A DNA stretch of 53,040 bases from a virus (Duplodnaviria > Caudoviricetes), in IMG/VR virus record IMGVR_UViG_3300017962_000016, positions 1-53,040 of that record, one strand, 5' to 3'. Under the pieces are notes generated by a model. It did not search any database, was not told the origin of the DNA, and was given only the letters and a program-made list of their open reading frames with translations. Made by a program: the position numbers and the translations under genes. Positions 18,230-28,100 of this stretch are shown one piece after another. Each line of letters starts with the position of its first letter. Position 1 is the stretch's first letter.

Positions 18230-19417
18230 ATGTATTTTCAATTGACAGAGGCGATCAAGCGAAGAATGATCATTGAGCTGAGAAAGTATTGGAAAGACCA
18301 TCCCAAATACCAAGATCTCATTGATAACATTCAAGGCAAGTTCTCGTTTAGAGAACGCCCCCAACATGGGATTATCGTAAAGACAGGCTCAGCGAATGTG
18401 GTGGGCTTGTCCTCTGACAATTTCGTGGGAACAATTTATTCCTATGTTTCTCTCGCACGAATCGACAATTATTTAGGTCAAGCGATAGAGTGGGTGCGAG
18501 AGGATAGCGCTGCCATTCGTAGAAACAAGGGGGTATTTCCAACACCCGCTGGGATCTATTACATCGAGCTCACACAAGACAATGAGTTCTATGTTGATCC
18601 TCTCCTTGATGTTCGGAACGAGGTGGTCGCACGAGTGACAGACACCGAGTTCCAATTGCAAAATGCTTTTCTCAATGGAACTCTCCGATTGTATATGCAC
18701 CCCTCCCATCTCCCCTTGTACGAGGGAACAAATTATATGGTCGATCCCTCTACGGGTTTAATTACTCTCAATGAACCTCTTGCTGCAACTCTTTCGCTAG
18801 TTGCCGATTATCGGACACCACAAGCATCTTTGGGTCCATTTACTATCAAAGAAAACCACGCAAGGAGAGATATCATTGAGGGTGTGATCCTAGCCTTTGG
18901 TCGCAGATGTAAGAAAGGAGATCGCCTAGCGGTTGTTGTTTCCCCATATCGAGAAATGACCGCACTTGAATATGGGGGTCGGTGGGATTTGTCATTAGAC
19001 TTTGACATTATCGCAAGGGATGTCTATGCCCAGCAAGAGATCGCAGATAGAACGGTCTTTTGGCTTTGGGGTGTCGCCCGTTCTTGGTTCAATCAAGAGG
19101 GGATTGAGATCACAGAGGTTTCTCTCGGTGGAGAAAGCGAGGAGGTCTATGACGAAACGGGAGATGATTACTACTACACATCTTCTTTCAGTATGGGTGT
19201 CACAACCGATTGGAGTATCCATGTGCCTCTCAACAAAAAAATAAGGAGAGTCATTCCTGAAACTCTCCTTACGAATAAGCAAGCCGCTAATATGTCAGAT
19301 GAAGAACTTGCCACCGAACAACTCCCAAGTAATCTTGAGGCGGTCGAACAACTTGGCTTAGAATTGTCCGATCCATATTTCAATGGCAAGAACCAAGCCT
19401 ACGAAACCATCAAGTAG
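18230..19417 (+). CDS. putative tail terminator/completion protein
   Basis: Lies upstream of the sheath; C-terminal LSLDFDIIARD..QQEIAD alpha/beta pattern. Confidence 0.5.
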   Translation: MYFQLTEAIKRRMIIELRKYWKDHPKYQDLIDNIQGKFSFRERPQHGIIVKTGSANVVGLSSDNFVGTIYSYVSLARIDNYLGQAIEWVREDSAAIRRNKGVFPTPAGIYYIELTQDNEFYVDPLLDVRNEVVARVTDTEFQLQNAFLNGTLRLYMHPSHLPLYEGTNYMVDPSTGLITLNEPLAATLSLVADYRTPQASLGPFTIKENHARRDIIEGVILAFGRRCKKGDRLAVVVSPYREMTALEYGGRWDLSLDFDIIARDVYAQQEIADRTVFWLWGVARSWFNQEGIEITEVSLGGESEEVYDETGDDYYYTSSFSMGVTTDWSIHVPLNKKIRRVIPETLLTNKQAANMSDEELATEQLPSNLEAVEQLGLELSDPYFNGKNQAYETIK

Positions 19418-19682
19418 GGTTCTTTCCTGCCCGACAATCTCTACACCAGCTCTGTGGAATGGTCTTTGCTTTCTTTGTACCTCCACTAATGGTTCGGTAT
19501 CCAAAGACCTCGCCAATCTGTCCGACCTTATGACAATTGGGGCAAGATTTGTGAGTCTTTTCGTATCGGTCTATCGCCTCAATGAACATTTTCTTTGAGA
19601 GTTCTCCTTTCCCAATACGATGGTAGATCATAAATATCTTGCCATCACTTGTTTCAAACGATTTGATTTCTTGGTTCTCCAT
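19410..19682 (-). CDS. small zinc-finger protein
   Basis: CPNC...FGYR...QSWCRDCR. Confidence 0.7.
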   Translation of the reverse strand: MENQEIKSFETSDGKIFMIYHRIGKGELSKKMFIEAIDRYEKTHKSCPNCHKVGQIGEVFGYRTISGGTKKAKTIPQSWCRDCRAGKNPT

Positions 19683-19813
19683 TAGATACCCCCATTGTCA
19701 AAGATTTCTCTTTCTTCAGGGGTGAGAGAGCTTCTGCCATTTGCTCTTACTTTTCTTCGTACCTTGCGATATTCTTCTAGTTTTTTCTTTTGTTCATCGG
19801 TCATTTCATTCAT
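19682..19813 (-). CDS. 43-aa hypothetical protein (absent from the ORF track)
   Basis: AAGGAG RBS; MNEMTDEQKKKLEEYRKVRR...GGI*; TAATG coupling to 19682. Confidence 0.65.
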   Translation of the reverse strand: MNEMTDEQKKKLEEYRKVRRKVRANGRSSLTPEEREIFDNGGI

Positions 19814-19930
19814 TGGAACACTCCTTTGTTGGTATTTTGTAATGTATCTACCAAATAGGGTTCTAAATGTGATCGATTTGGATGATTTTTTAATAACTTA
19901 TCTATAACAATTTATATGTGGAGAGTATTT

Positions 19931-20371
19931 ATGCCAATCTATCAATTTCAATGTCAAGCCTGTGGGTTATCTTTTGATAAACGATGGGCATACGCACAAG
20001 CCAAAGAAAAGGATTTCACAACCAAGTGTGGTTCTTGTGGTGAGCAAGTAAGACGAGAAATGACACCCGCGAACTTTCAATTTCAAGGCAAGGCAAACTC
20101 AGCCCTTCCTCAGAATACAGGAGTTCAATCTTTCGATACAAATTATGATCGAGTGATTGGTTCTGACGCTGAACAGAAGTGGAAAATAGTACAGAAAAGA
20201 CAAGAAGAAAAAGCAGCCTTGTTGAGAGATAATCCTGACAAGAGTGGCAAACACATCCGAAGAAATATTGATAATCACTATGAGGTGGTTTCTGACAAAG
20301 AGAAAAATGCTTTTGAGTTTGGTAGTGCCGTTGGTAGCGCCGCGAAAGACAAAGGTAAGAAGATACAATGA
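19931..20371 (+). CDS. FmdB-family zinc-ribbon protein
   Basis: MPIYQFQCQAC...CGSC; GGAGAG RBS. Confidence 0.75.
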   Translation: MPIYQFQCQACGLSFDKRWAYAQAKEKDFTTKCGSCGEQVRREMTPANFQFQGKANSALPQNTGVQSFDTNYDRVIGSDAEQKWKIVQKRQEEKAALLRDNPDKSGKHIRRNIDNHYEVVSDKEKNAFEFGSAVGSAAKDKGKKIQ

Positions 20372-20433
20372 TCGTTATTGTTTCTATAAACTCATTTGAC
20401 AGAGAACACATCTTTTTACAATGAGAGGTAAAT

Positions 20434-23400
20434 ATGGCATTTCCAAGTTCAAACTATGCACCGCCAAGTGTATATACTCGTACAAATTTTGAATCACCTA
20501 TTCAAGGGACACTAGCGGGTGCAAAAATCCCTTTCCTTATCGGAGTTGGTTCTGAGATTCTTACTCAATCCGATTTAGAGGTGGTTCGAGGATCGTCCGC
20601 TGTTGTTGATCAACAAATCGTTCAAGAAGATATGGCAGGTCGAGTTGTTGTTTCAGAATTGCAAAGCGGCGAGGTTGTTCTTGGTTCTTACGATGGTGAA
20701 ACCGCTAAGATTCAAGTTCGCAACTACCCTATCGTCACAGGGAATGGAACAGGCACCACCTCTACAAAGCCAAGCGATGTTTCTGTGGTTCTTAATGGAA
20801 ACCCCGTAGTGGTTATCGCTCTTGATGGTGCAAAAGGTATTTTGACTCTCTCTGAGATTCCAAAAGAAAACGACATTTTGAAAGTGACCTATTTCTTTAA
20901 TAGAACAGACACCCTAGTGACAGACGATGTGTCCTCTCAAGTATCTAGCGAGGGTGTGGCTCTGTTTTCTCAGAAAGCAGAGAATTATTCTTTTGAGAGT
21001 GGTGTCACCGACACTCTTGTCTTGATTGTGGATGGGACAACTCTTGCGATTCCAATGTCAGGTTCAAGTGTTTCAGCTGCTCAAGCCGTTGCACAAATCA
21101 AATCGGGTGCAGGTTCAACATCTTTGTCTGCTACCACTTTTGTGAATAACGAGGGCAACACAGCGGTATCTATTACTGCCGATAGTGAAATCATTATTGG
21201 AGATGGTGGTGCTAATGTTGTTCTTGGCTTTGCACAAGGCGAGAGCTCAGGTCGAGTTAAAACCTTTTACACATTCAATGGTCCGATTGTTGATGGTTCA
21301 AATGGTGGGGTTGTCACAACAGACACCGCCCATGTTGTTGTTAAGGTAGATAATATTCAAGTGATTCCACAATCTGTTGATGGATATTCTCGTGCGGTGA
21401 CTCTTTCTGTTCCACCTGCGGCTGGTTCTACGGTCACCATTCAATATCATTTCAACACTTGGGAAGACACTTTCGATTATCTTGCACACACAGGAATCAC
21501 CGAGATTTCTCTTGTGGGTGAAACTCCAAGTAAAGCAACATTTATCAATGGTGTTGATTATATTCTCAAAGATGACAAGATCATTTGGGGAACAGCAACT
21601 CTCGTTGAGAGTGGCGACTACACACAAGGTGGAACTCTTTTTGGAGAGAACCAAGTGACATCTACTTTGGTAGATCACAAGGCATATTTTGAGCCTTGTA
21701 GTGCCGTTGTTGATACAAGTGTATCTCCAGCAATCGCAAGTAAGACCAAGTTCCAATTGCCTTTCGTACCAACCACAGGAAATGGTCGAAATACTCCAAT
21801 CGGATTGAGCCTTTTCCAAACGGTATCAAATGGTCGTATTGATCTTCCAACCAATCGCCCTGACCTTGTGAAAGCATATTGGGGGTATTCAGCTCAAGAT
21901 GCTATGGACAGAGGAGAGGTCGCAATCGTTTCTGTAGATCACGAAACATCCACCATCACTCTCAAAGATCCAATCCCAACGGGTGCGAGTGTTTGGGCTA
22001 CCCTTTACTACAACACTATCCAAGACACAGAAACATCAATTGTATGTTCTGTTGCGGGTATCTCAGGTGTGGGAGAGTATTCACTCCAAGATTCCAATGG
22101 AAATCCCATCCACATCCCACAATTCGTTGAGAAATCAGCAAGTTTGGCTACGGTCACAGTAAATTTCCCAAGTGGTTCTGAGTTGTTGAGTGATGTTCGA
22201 TTTGAATCTCCTCATGTGGGAACAAATTTCAAAGGACAAGTTGAGGAGATCGTAACGGTCACTTTCACAAGCACAGAAGATACCCCCGCAAAGTATGCTC
22301 TCAAATCTGTATCTCCTTTCGCTTTCATTAGTGGAAACTCGGACACTCTCAAGCTGAATGTTAATAGTTCAGACAAGACGATTGAGCTCAACACCTCTTT
22401 TGAGGCACATCTTTTGGGTGATGAGATTGTTTATACCAATGCAGGATATACCGCGTTAGAGATTTCTGCTGGTGTGAATGACAATCTTGTATTGACCATT
22501 GATGGACAACAAGTAGATGTAACATTGACCGCTGGAACAGGAAAAGCGGCAAGTGATTTCGTGTCAGATATCAATACCGCTGTTGATGCTGTCAATCCGA
22601 CCTTTACAGGGCTTACCAAGTTCCTTGTTGGCTTTACGATTGTTAATGGTGTTAATGACGAATTGACTTTCAAGTTGAGTTCAGGAGATGTAACGATTAC
22701 TCTTACCGCCGCAACTTATTCTACAGCTTCTGATTTGGTAGATCACATCAATGCTATAATTGCGGCAGAGGCTACGGGAAAAATTGCTAAACTCACAGGC
22801 AATAATACATCTTCGGCTACCGATCCAACAGAGGCTCGTATTGAGGCAAGTGTTAATACATTAGGACAGATCGTATTCACCTTTGCTGAAAGCAACACTC
22901 CAAGTGCCACCTCTTGTTCTTTCAACACCTCAGAAAAACTTGCACAACAAATCGGTTTGGATGCCTCTGTCATTACCTTTGACGCTGATTATGTTGCAGC
23001 ATCTTTCGCCTCTATTACAGGAACAGGTTCTGAAAAATTCCACGATAGATTGATCTTGAAGAATCGTATCGAGCCAAAAGGCTACATCGGTATGGCTCAG
23101 AGTGGTATCTCTGTGGATGTCTGTACGGCAATCTCAGAACTAGGACTCCAAAGAGGGGATTATGGTATCGCTTCTACAAGTGCTGTCGTAAAAGCCGCTA
23201 CTGTCATTGGAGAGATTGGTCTTTCAGGAACACAAGATGCCGTTGATTCTGATGTTCTTGTGACTCTCTATCAATCAGGTGGAACAACTCCTCAGAACAA
23301 TATTTTCAAGTTGAATGTAGATGGAACTCCTTTCACAATTGAGTTGAAAGACAACGCGGGTTCATCAATCACAAGTGGTTCAAGTGCAGATGTTAAGTTC

Positions 23401-25209
23401 GAGATCATTGTTTCTCAATTGAACACAGCCATTACAAATGCGACAGTCACACGAGAAGGTTTCTCTATCCGTATCACCTCGAATACAACAGGAGCTTCTT
23501 CTGCGGTTATCATTGGTGATGGAAACGCCAACAACACTCTTGGATTCTCTCAGAATCAATCAGGTTCTCGTTCTTTGGTTTCTACCTCTGAACTTGTTTC
23601 TTGTATCGCTGGAGATGGTGATTGGACAGGGTTGGTTCAACTACTTGAAGATGAGGCTGGCACAGAGTATGTGTTCCTCCAAAGCACAACCACAGGGACA
23701 AGTTCTAATGTTTCTGTTTCTTCTGCAAGTGGAAACACAGCTCTCCGACAAGGCACAAACTTTGTTGATGAGGCAGGAGATGGTGCCGTCGGTGAAAGTG
23801 GTGTATCGGGATTTGTTGTTTCTTCTTCCGATAGTTTTGATGGCTCAGGTTCGGTCAATAACTCTGTTCTTTCAGGAACGGGTGTTGGACAAGATGGTGT
23901 CGTTGGACAAACCTATCGTGACCTTGTTACGGGCTTGACCTTTACTGTACTCCCACGAGATACAGGAACGGCTTATCCAAGTGGAGGCACATTGACTTTC
24001 CAAGTTTCTAAGTCTGCCACTACCGATGCCAACATTCCTGTATATGCAATCGCTGGTGTTGCTCTTTCTGTGGCGAATACATCTAATGTTGTTGTGGGAG
24101 ATAGTGCTGTTGTTTCTACTTTCAAGAGAACAGGTGCTCAACCTGAAATTAGCGACAACTACTTTGTATCGTACAACTATGCAAAGCAAGATTTCCAACC
24201 AAGAGTATTCACAAAGTTTGGTACGGTCGAATCTCTTTATGGAGAACTTGATCCTAGCAATCCATTAACATTGGCTTGTTATCTTGCTATGACAAATGGT
24301 GCTAGTCTTGTTGGTATCCAACAAGTTCAAAAGGATGAAATGTTGATTGGTGGTTCGTTCGCTCAAGCGAGTGTGACCAACTATCGTGATGCCGTTGATT
24401 CTCTCGCTGGAACATTACAAGGTGGAATCTCAGCCGATATTCTTATTCCATTGAGAGGAGATAGCCTAGAGCTCTATAAGTATATAGCTCGACACGCCAA
24501 TCTCCAAAGTTCTATTCGTTATCGTTCAGAGAGAACTGTTATCGCAGGTTTCGCTGCAGGAACACAGAGAGAAACAGCACAAAATTGGGCTAAGGCAATC
24601 CAAGAAACTCGTTTCCGATTGGTTTATCCTGACATTGTATATGTCACAACGACAGATCAATTTGGAAATGACACTCAACATCTTGTAGGTGGGGAGTATA
24701 TGGCAGCGGCTCTTGCTGGTCTTGTTGTTTCTCCAAATAGAGATGTGGCGACTCCTTGGACTAACTCTCGATTGTTCGGATTTGATAATCTTGCTCGTGT
24801 AAGTGACGCGGTTCAGAAGAATCAACTCGCAAGTGCGGGAATCACCGTTATCGAAGATGCCAATCCAGCTCTCAAGATTCGTCATGGTCTGACAACCGAT
24901 ATGGCAAATGTTCTCACAAAGACACCTACTGTCATTCAGATTGCAGATGAGGTACAACAAACTTGTCGTGTTGCTCTCGACAAGTTTATTGGAATCAAAT
25001 TCCTTCCCGGAATCCTTTCTCAAGTTGAGGGTACTCTCGCTATGACAATGAAAGAGTTCGTTCGTCAAGAGGTCATTACAGCCTATACAGGTATCAAGGC
25101 GAATATTTCTCCTGACGATCCAACGGTCGCAGAGGTTGAGGCATACTATCAACCTGTGTTCCCATTGTTATATCTTGTTGTGACATTCAATATGCGAGCA
25201 AGTTTGTAA
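20434..25209 (+). CDS. contractile tail sheath protein (very large)
   Basis: N-terminal YAPPSVYT; C-terminal sheath core MAAALAG...QLASAGITVIE...IRHGLTT...YQPVFPLLYLVVTF. Confidence 0.9.
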   Translation: MAFPSSNYAPPSVYTRTNFESPIQGTLAGAKIPFLIGVGSEILTQSDLEVVRGSSAVVDQQIVQEDMAGRVVVSELQSGEVVLGSYDGETAKIQVRNYPIVTGNGTGTTSTKPSDVSVVLNGNPVVVIALDGAKGILTLSEIPKENDILKVTYFFNRTDTLVTDDVSSQVSSEGVALFSQKAENYSFESGVTDTLVLIVDGTTLAIPMSGSSVSAAQAVAQIKSGAGSTSLSATTFVNNEGNTAVSITADSEIIIGDGGANVVLGFAQGESSGRVKTFYTFNGPIVDGSNGGVVTTDTAHVVVKVDNIQVIPQSVDGYSRAVTLSVPPAAGSTVTIQYHFNTWEDTFDYLAHTGITEISLVGETPSKATFINGVDYILKDDKIIWGTATLVESGDYTQGGTLFGENQVTSTLVDHKAYFEPCSAVVDTSVSPAIASKTKFQLPFVPTTGNGRNTPIGLSLFQTVSNGRIDLPTNRPDLVKAYWGYSAQDAMDRGEVAIVSVDHETSTITLKDPIPTGASVWATLYYNTIQDTETSIVCSVAGISGVGEYSLQDSNGNPIHIPQFVEKSASLATVTVNFPSGSELLSDVRFESPHVGTNFKGQVEEIVTVTFTSTEDTPAKYALKSVSPFAFISGNSDTLKLNVNSSDKTIELNTSFEAHLLGDEIVYTNAGYTALEISAGVNDNLVLTIDGQQVDVTLTAGTGKAASDFVSDINTAVDAVNPTFTGLTKFLVGFTIVNGVNDELTFKLSSGDVTITLTAATYSTASDLVDHINAIIAAEATGKIAKLTGNNTSSATDPTEARIEASVNTLGQIVFTFAESNTPSATSCSFNTSEKLAQQIGLDASVITFDADYVAASFASITGTGSEKFHDRLILKNRIEPKGYIGMAQSGISVDVCTAISELGLQRGDYGIASTSAVVKAATVIGEIGLSGTQDAVDSDVLVTLYQSGGTTPQNNIFKLNVDGTPFTIELKDNAGSSITSGSSADVKFEIIVSQLNTAITNATVTREGFSIRITSNTTGASSAVIIGDGNANNTLGFSQNQSGSRSLVSTSELVSCIAGDGDWTGLVQLLEDEAGTEYVFLQSTTTGTSSNVSVSSASGNTALRQGTNFVDEAGDGAVGESGVSGFVVSSSDSFDGSGSVNNSVLSGTGVGQDGVVGQTYRDLVTGLTFTVLPRDTGTAYPSGGTLTFQVSKSATTDANIPVYAIAGVALSVANTSNVVVGDSAVVSTFKRTGAQPEISDNYFVSYNYAKQDFQPRVFTKFGTVESLYGELDPSNPLTLACYLAMTNGASLVGIQQVQKDEMLIGGSFAQASVTNYRDAVDSLAGTLQGGISADILIPLRGDSLELYKYIARHANLQSSIRYRSERTVIAGFAAGTQRETAQNWAKAIQETRFRLVYPDIVYVTTTDQFGNDTQHLVGGEYMAAALAGLVVSPNRDVATPWTNSRLFGFDNLARVSDAVQKNQLASAGITVIEDANPALKIRHGLTTDMANVLTKTPTVIQIADEVQQTCRVALDKFIGIKFLPGILSQVEGTLAMTMKEFVRQEVITAYTGIKANISPDDPTVAEVEAYYQPVFPLLYLVVTFNMRASL

Positions 25210-25231
25210 TCATAAAGATTCAGATACACAC

Positions 25232-25265
25232 AAAGCCTCTTGGATTCTTTCAAGGGGCTTTTTTT
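25232..25265 (+). terminator. terminator
   Basis: AAGCCTCTTG/CAAGGGGCTT stem plus T-tract. Confidence 0.75.
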
Positions 25266-25335
25266 ATGTCAAAGCGATCTCTAATGGATAGATTGTCGGT
25301 ACTGTTCTATACAATAAAAATCTATTGGAGAAACA

Positions 25336-27462
25336 ATGAAGTTTATGTCTTTTTTTAGTGGGATTGAAGCAGCTTCTGTCGCTTGGAAGCCACTAGGGTG
25401 GGAATGTGTAAGTGTGAGCGAGATAGACGAGTTCGCAAGTGCTGTTCTAGCCCACAGATACCCAAATGTACCAAATCTCGGTGATATCACCAAAATATCG
25501 GAGGATAAATTAAATGAAATCAAACGAAAGCACAACGGAATCGATCTTATCATTGGAGGATCTCCTTGTCAGTCCTTCTCAATTGCAGGACTCAGAAAGG
25601 GACTTAAAGACCCTAGAGGCAACCTTATGCTTGAGTACGCTCGAATCGTCCATACCATCCGTCCAAGATTCTTCATATGGGAAAATGTTGTCGGTGCTTT
25701 ATCCACAAACGGAGGACGAGATTTTGGAACACTCCTCACAACAATGGCAAAATTCGGGTATCGTCTCCAATGGCGAGTGCTGGATGCTCAGTTCTTTGGA
25801 GTCGCCCAAAGAAGGCGTCGAGTCTTTCTTGTGGGATATCTTGGAAACAAACCAAATTGGGACAGAATACTATTTGAGCCCAATTGCGGCAAAGGGAATC
25901 ATACGGAGAGCCAAAACGAATGGGGTGACGATTCATCCGAAATTGAGGACAGCCTTGATGGAGATTATTCAGAACGAGAGCTGAGTCTTTCTGATATGCT
26001 TTTCGGTGGCTCAAATGAGGTTGAAGAAGAACCACAAGAATCACAAGAACCACAACCTAAAAAAGAAAATCCTTTTGTGTTTCCAAGTAATTGGCATCCA
26101 AACGAGGGAGAACACACCAATGTTTCTCCAACTCTCACAACAAAGGGCTCTGTTCGAGTAGTTGAAAATGATCAAGATGGTGTGTGGTTTCTTCCAACAA
26201 CACAACCGAATGGTGTGACCTTGTTTCGGAAAACAAACATCTCCTCAACCCTTGTAGCCGCTATGGGTGGCGGGGGTGGACATATCCCTAATGTGGTGGA
26301 AAATAAAACTTGGGTTATGGCAAGTTTGCACAACAATGATGTAGCAGGTTTTAAGGCTTCAAATGTATCTCCCACACTCCTTGCCACTATGTCACACGAT
26401 GTCGTTCCAAGAGTTTTTGATGAAGAAAAACCTAAGTCGGTTTGGATAATGCGAAATAGCCTTGTGGGTGGCATACAAGGGTTTGGTCTTTCTAGTGTAT
26501 CTCCCACACTCCTTGCTGGTATGGGTCTTGGGGGGAATGTTGTACCCATGCTCCTAGATGAAACTTCACAAGAAGATATACCAAAGGTGTTCATAACAAG
26601 AGGGGATAATTGGGGTGCGATTTCTTGTGGTCGATATGACCATGTGGCACCAACGCTTGTTTGTTTTGTGGGTTCTCGTCCTGTTATTATAGACGAGAAA
26701 CCAAAGCCTTTCGTTATGGCAAGTACCAACTCAAATGACATATCAAATGCAAAACACTCCAATGTTGCACCAACCTTATGCACTTTTGTTGGACAGAAGC
26801 CAATGATCCTAGAAGAACCTTTCTTGTTTCACAACAACTACAAGAACCACCCACCTAAGCCACAGAGTAATTGCCCTACTTTGATGGCATCAATGGGTGG
26901 TGGTGGGGGGCATATCCCTTTTGTTGTGGAAAATGTTTCTTTCTATCAATCAAACAACTTTAGTGGATCACAATATGCTCTTTTCCATTCCAATTATTCG
27001 TCTTATGGACAATTGAGAGAACCTGTAGAGAAAGCACACACTTTGATGGCGGCTATGGGCAAAGAACCTCGTATGGTTCCGATGGTGATGGAAGAAAACA
27101 TTATTGCAAGTATCGTTCAACCAAAGGAAGATATCGAACAAGTACCTATCAGTCTCTACAATGGTGCGGTCAATACAGATGTCTTTCATACACTAACAGC
27201 CGCGACAGCAATCAATGCAAGTGGTCCTCGTTTGTGGGAACGATCTACTTATCGGAATCGTATTCGCAAACTCACAGAGATTGAATGTGAAAGGCTACAA
27301 GGTTTTCCTGACAATTGGACAAAGATTCCATACAAGGGCAAGCCTGAGAGTAATTGTCCGAAATCTCCTCGATATAAATGTCTAGGAAATTCAATGGCTG
27401 TTCCTGTCATTGAGTGGATCGGTACAAGAATTGAAAAATTTGATAACAACCAATTAACATAA
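25336..27462 (+). CDS. C5-cytosine DNA methyltransferase with an expanded repetitive variable region
   Basis: Motifs I FFSGI, IV GGSPCQSFS, VI ENV, VIII QRRRRVF, IX RKLTEIECERLQGFP and X LGNSMAVPV. Confidence 0.93.
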   Translation: MKFMSFFSGIEAASVAWKPLGWECVSVSEIDEFASAVLAHRYPNVPNLGDITKISEDKLNEIKRKHNGIDLIIGGSPCQSFSIAGLRKGLKDPRGNLMLEYARIVHTIRPRFFIWENVVGALSTNGGRDFGTLLTTMAKFGYRLQWRVLDAQFFGVAQRRRRVFLVGYLGNKPNWDRILFEPNCGKGNHTESQNEWGDDSSEIEDSLDGDYSERELSLSDMLFGGSNEVEEEPQESQEPQPKKENPFVFPSNWHPNEGEHTNVSPTLTTKGSVRVVENDQDGVWFLPTTQPNGVTLFRKTNISSTLVAAMGGGGGHIPNVVENKTWVMASLHNNDVAGFKASNVSPTLLATMSHDVVPRVFDEEKPKSVWIMRNSLVGGIQGFGLSSVSPTLLAGMGLGGNVVPMLLDETSQEDIPKVFITRGDNWGAISCGRYDHVAPTLVCFVGSRPVIIDEKPKPFVMASTNSNDISNAKHSNVAPTLCTFVGQKPMILEEPFLFHNNYKNHPPKPQSNCPTLMASMGGGGGHIPFVVENVSFYQSNNFSGSQYALFHSNYSSYGQLREPVEKAHTLMAAMGKEPRMVPMVMEENIIASIVQPKEDIEQVPISLYNGAVNTDVFHTLTAATAINASGPRLWERSTYRNRIRKLTEIECERLQGFPDNWTKIPYKGKPESNCPKSPRYKCLGNSMAVPVIEWIGTRIEKFDNNQLT
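25514..25984 (+). CDS. nested alternative-frame ORF resembling the M.EcoHK31I beta polypeptide
   Basis: GAGGA RBS upstream; ECWML...LWDILET...YYLSPIAAKGIIRRA..G..I.P.LR.AL. Confidence 0.6.
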   Translation: MKSNESTTESILSLEDLLVSPSQLQDSERDLKTLEATLCLSTLESSIPSVQDSSYGKMLSVLYPQTEDEILEHSSQQWQNSGIVSNGECWMLSSLESPKEGVESFLWDILETNQIGTEYYLSPIAAKGIIRRAKTNGVTIHPKLRTALMEIIQNES

Positions 27463-27483
27463 TAGGTATTATGTAAAACCAAT

Positions 27484-27506
27484 GAGAGGGGACACCCTCT
27501 CTTTTT
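27484..27506 (+). terminator. terminator
   Basis: GAGAGGG/CCCTCTC stem plus T-tract. Confidence 0.65.
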
Positions 27507-27526
27507 CAACCCACAGGAGAATCGCT

Positions 27527-27721
27527 ATGAGTGATAAATCAGTAAAAGAAAATGTACAAGTTCTCGTTGATACATTAACCTCTGCCTTAGAAGATGCTGA
27601 AAAGTTTTCTGACAAAGGAAACGCCGCTGCGGGAACACGAGTTCGCAAGGCACTTCTTGATGTGAGTAAATCTTGCAAAGAGATTCGTCAGCAAGTATCG
27701 GACGAGAAAAACACAAAATAA
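27527..27721 (+). CDS. histone H1-like Hc1-family protein
   Basis: DAEKFSDKGNAAAGTRVRKALLDV...KEIR; AGGAG RBS. Confidence 0.8.
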   Translation: MSDKSVKENVQVLVDTLTSALEDAEKFSDKGNAAAGTRVRKALLDVSKSCKEIRQQVSDEKNTK

Positions 27722-27749
27722 TTTTCTAGGCTAGATATTTTGATATGGG

Positions 27750-27781
27750 TAAGGTGGTTGTGATGACCACCTTATTTTTTT
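27750..27781 (+). terminator. terminator
   Basis: TAAGGTGG/CCACCTTA stem plus T-tract. Confidence 0.65.
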
Positions 27782-27791
27782 GGAGTGAGAA

Positions 27792-28010
27792 ATGTTTTTG
27801 GAGATTAGAGCTCTGTCTATTATGGAAAAGGCAAAGGAAATGCGAAAAGACCTACAAGCCTTTGAAGATCCCGCTATGAAAAGTACAAGAGCGGGTATTC
27901 GTGCAAGAAAGATGGCAAAAGAGATAGAGAAAGACCTTATAGCACTCCGAAAAGAAATTATGACCATTCGTAGGAAGCGAGTCGCAACAGGAGAGAAAAA
28001 AACATTGTAG
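27792..28010 (+). CDS. divergent Hc1-like protein
   Basis: DLQAFE...RAGIRARK...EIEKDLIALRKEI. Confidence 0.55.
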   Translation: MFLEIRALSIMEKAKEMRKDLQAFEDPAMKSTRAGIRARKMAKEIEKDLIALRKEIMTIRRKRVATGEKKTL

Positions 28011-28100
28011 GGGGTTTTTCAATAAAGACTTTATATTTCTATATCTTTTGTAGGAGTATCATCCTTCGTTAATGAGCAAAAAATGTAGAGAGGTGTATCA

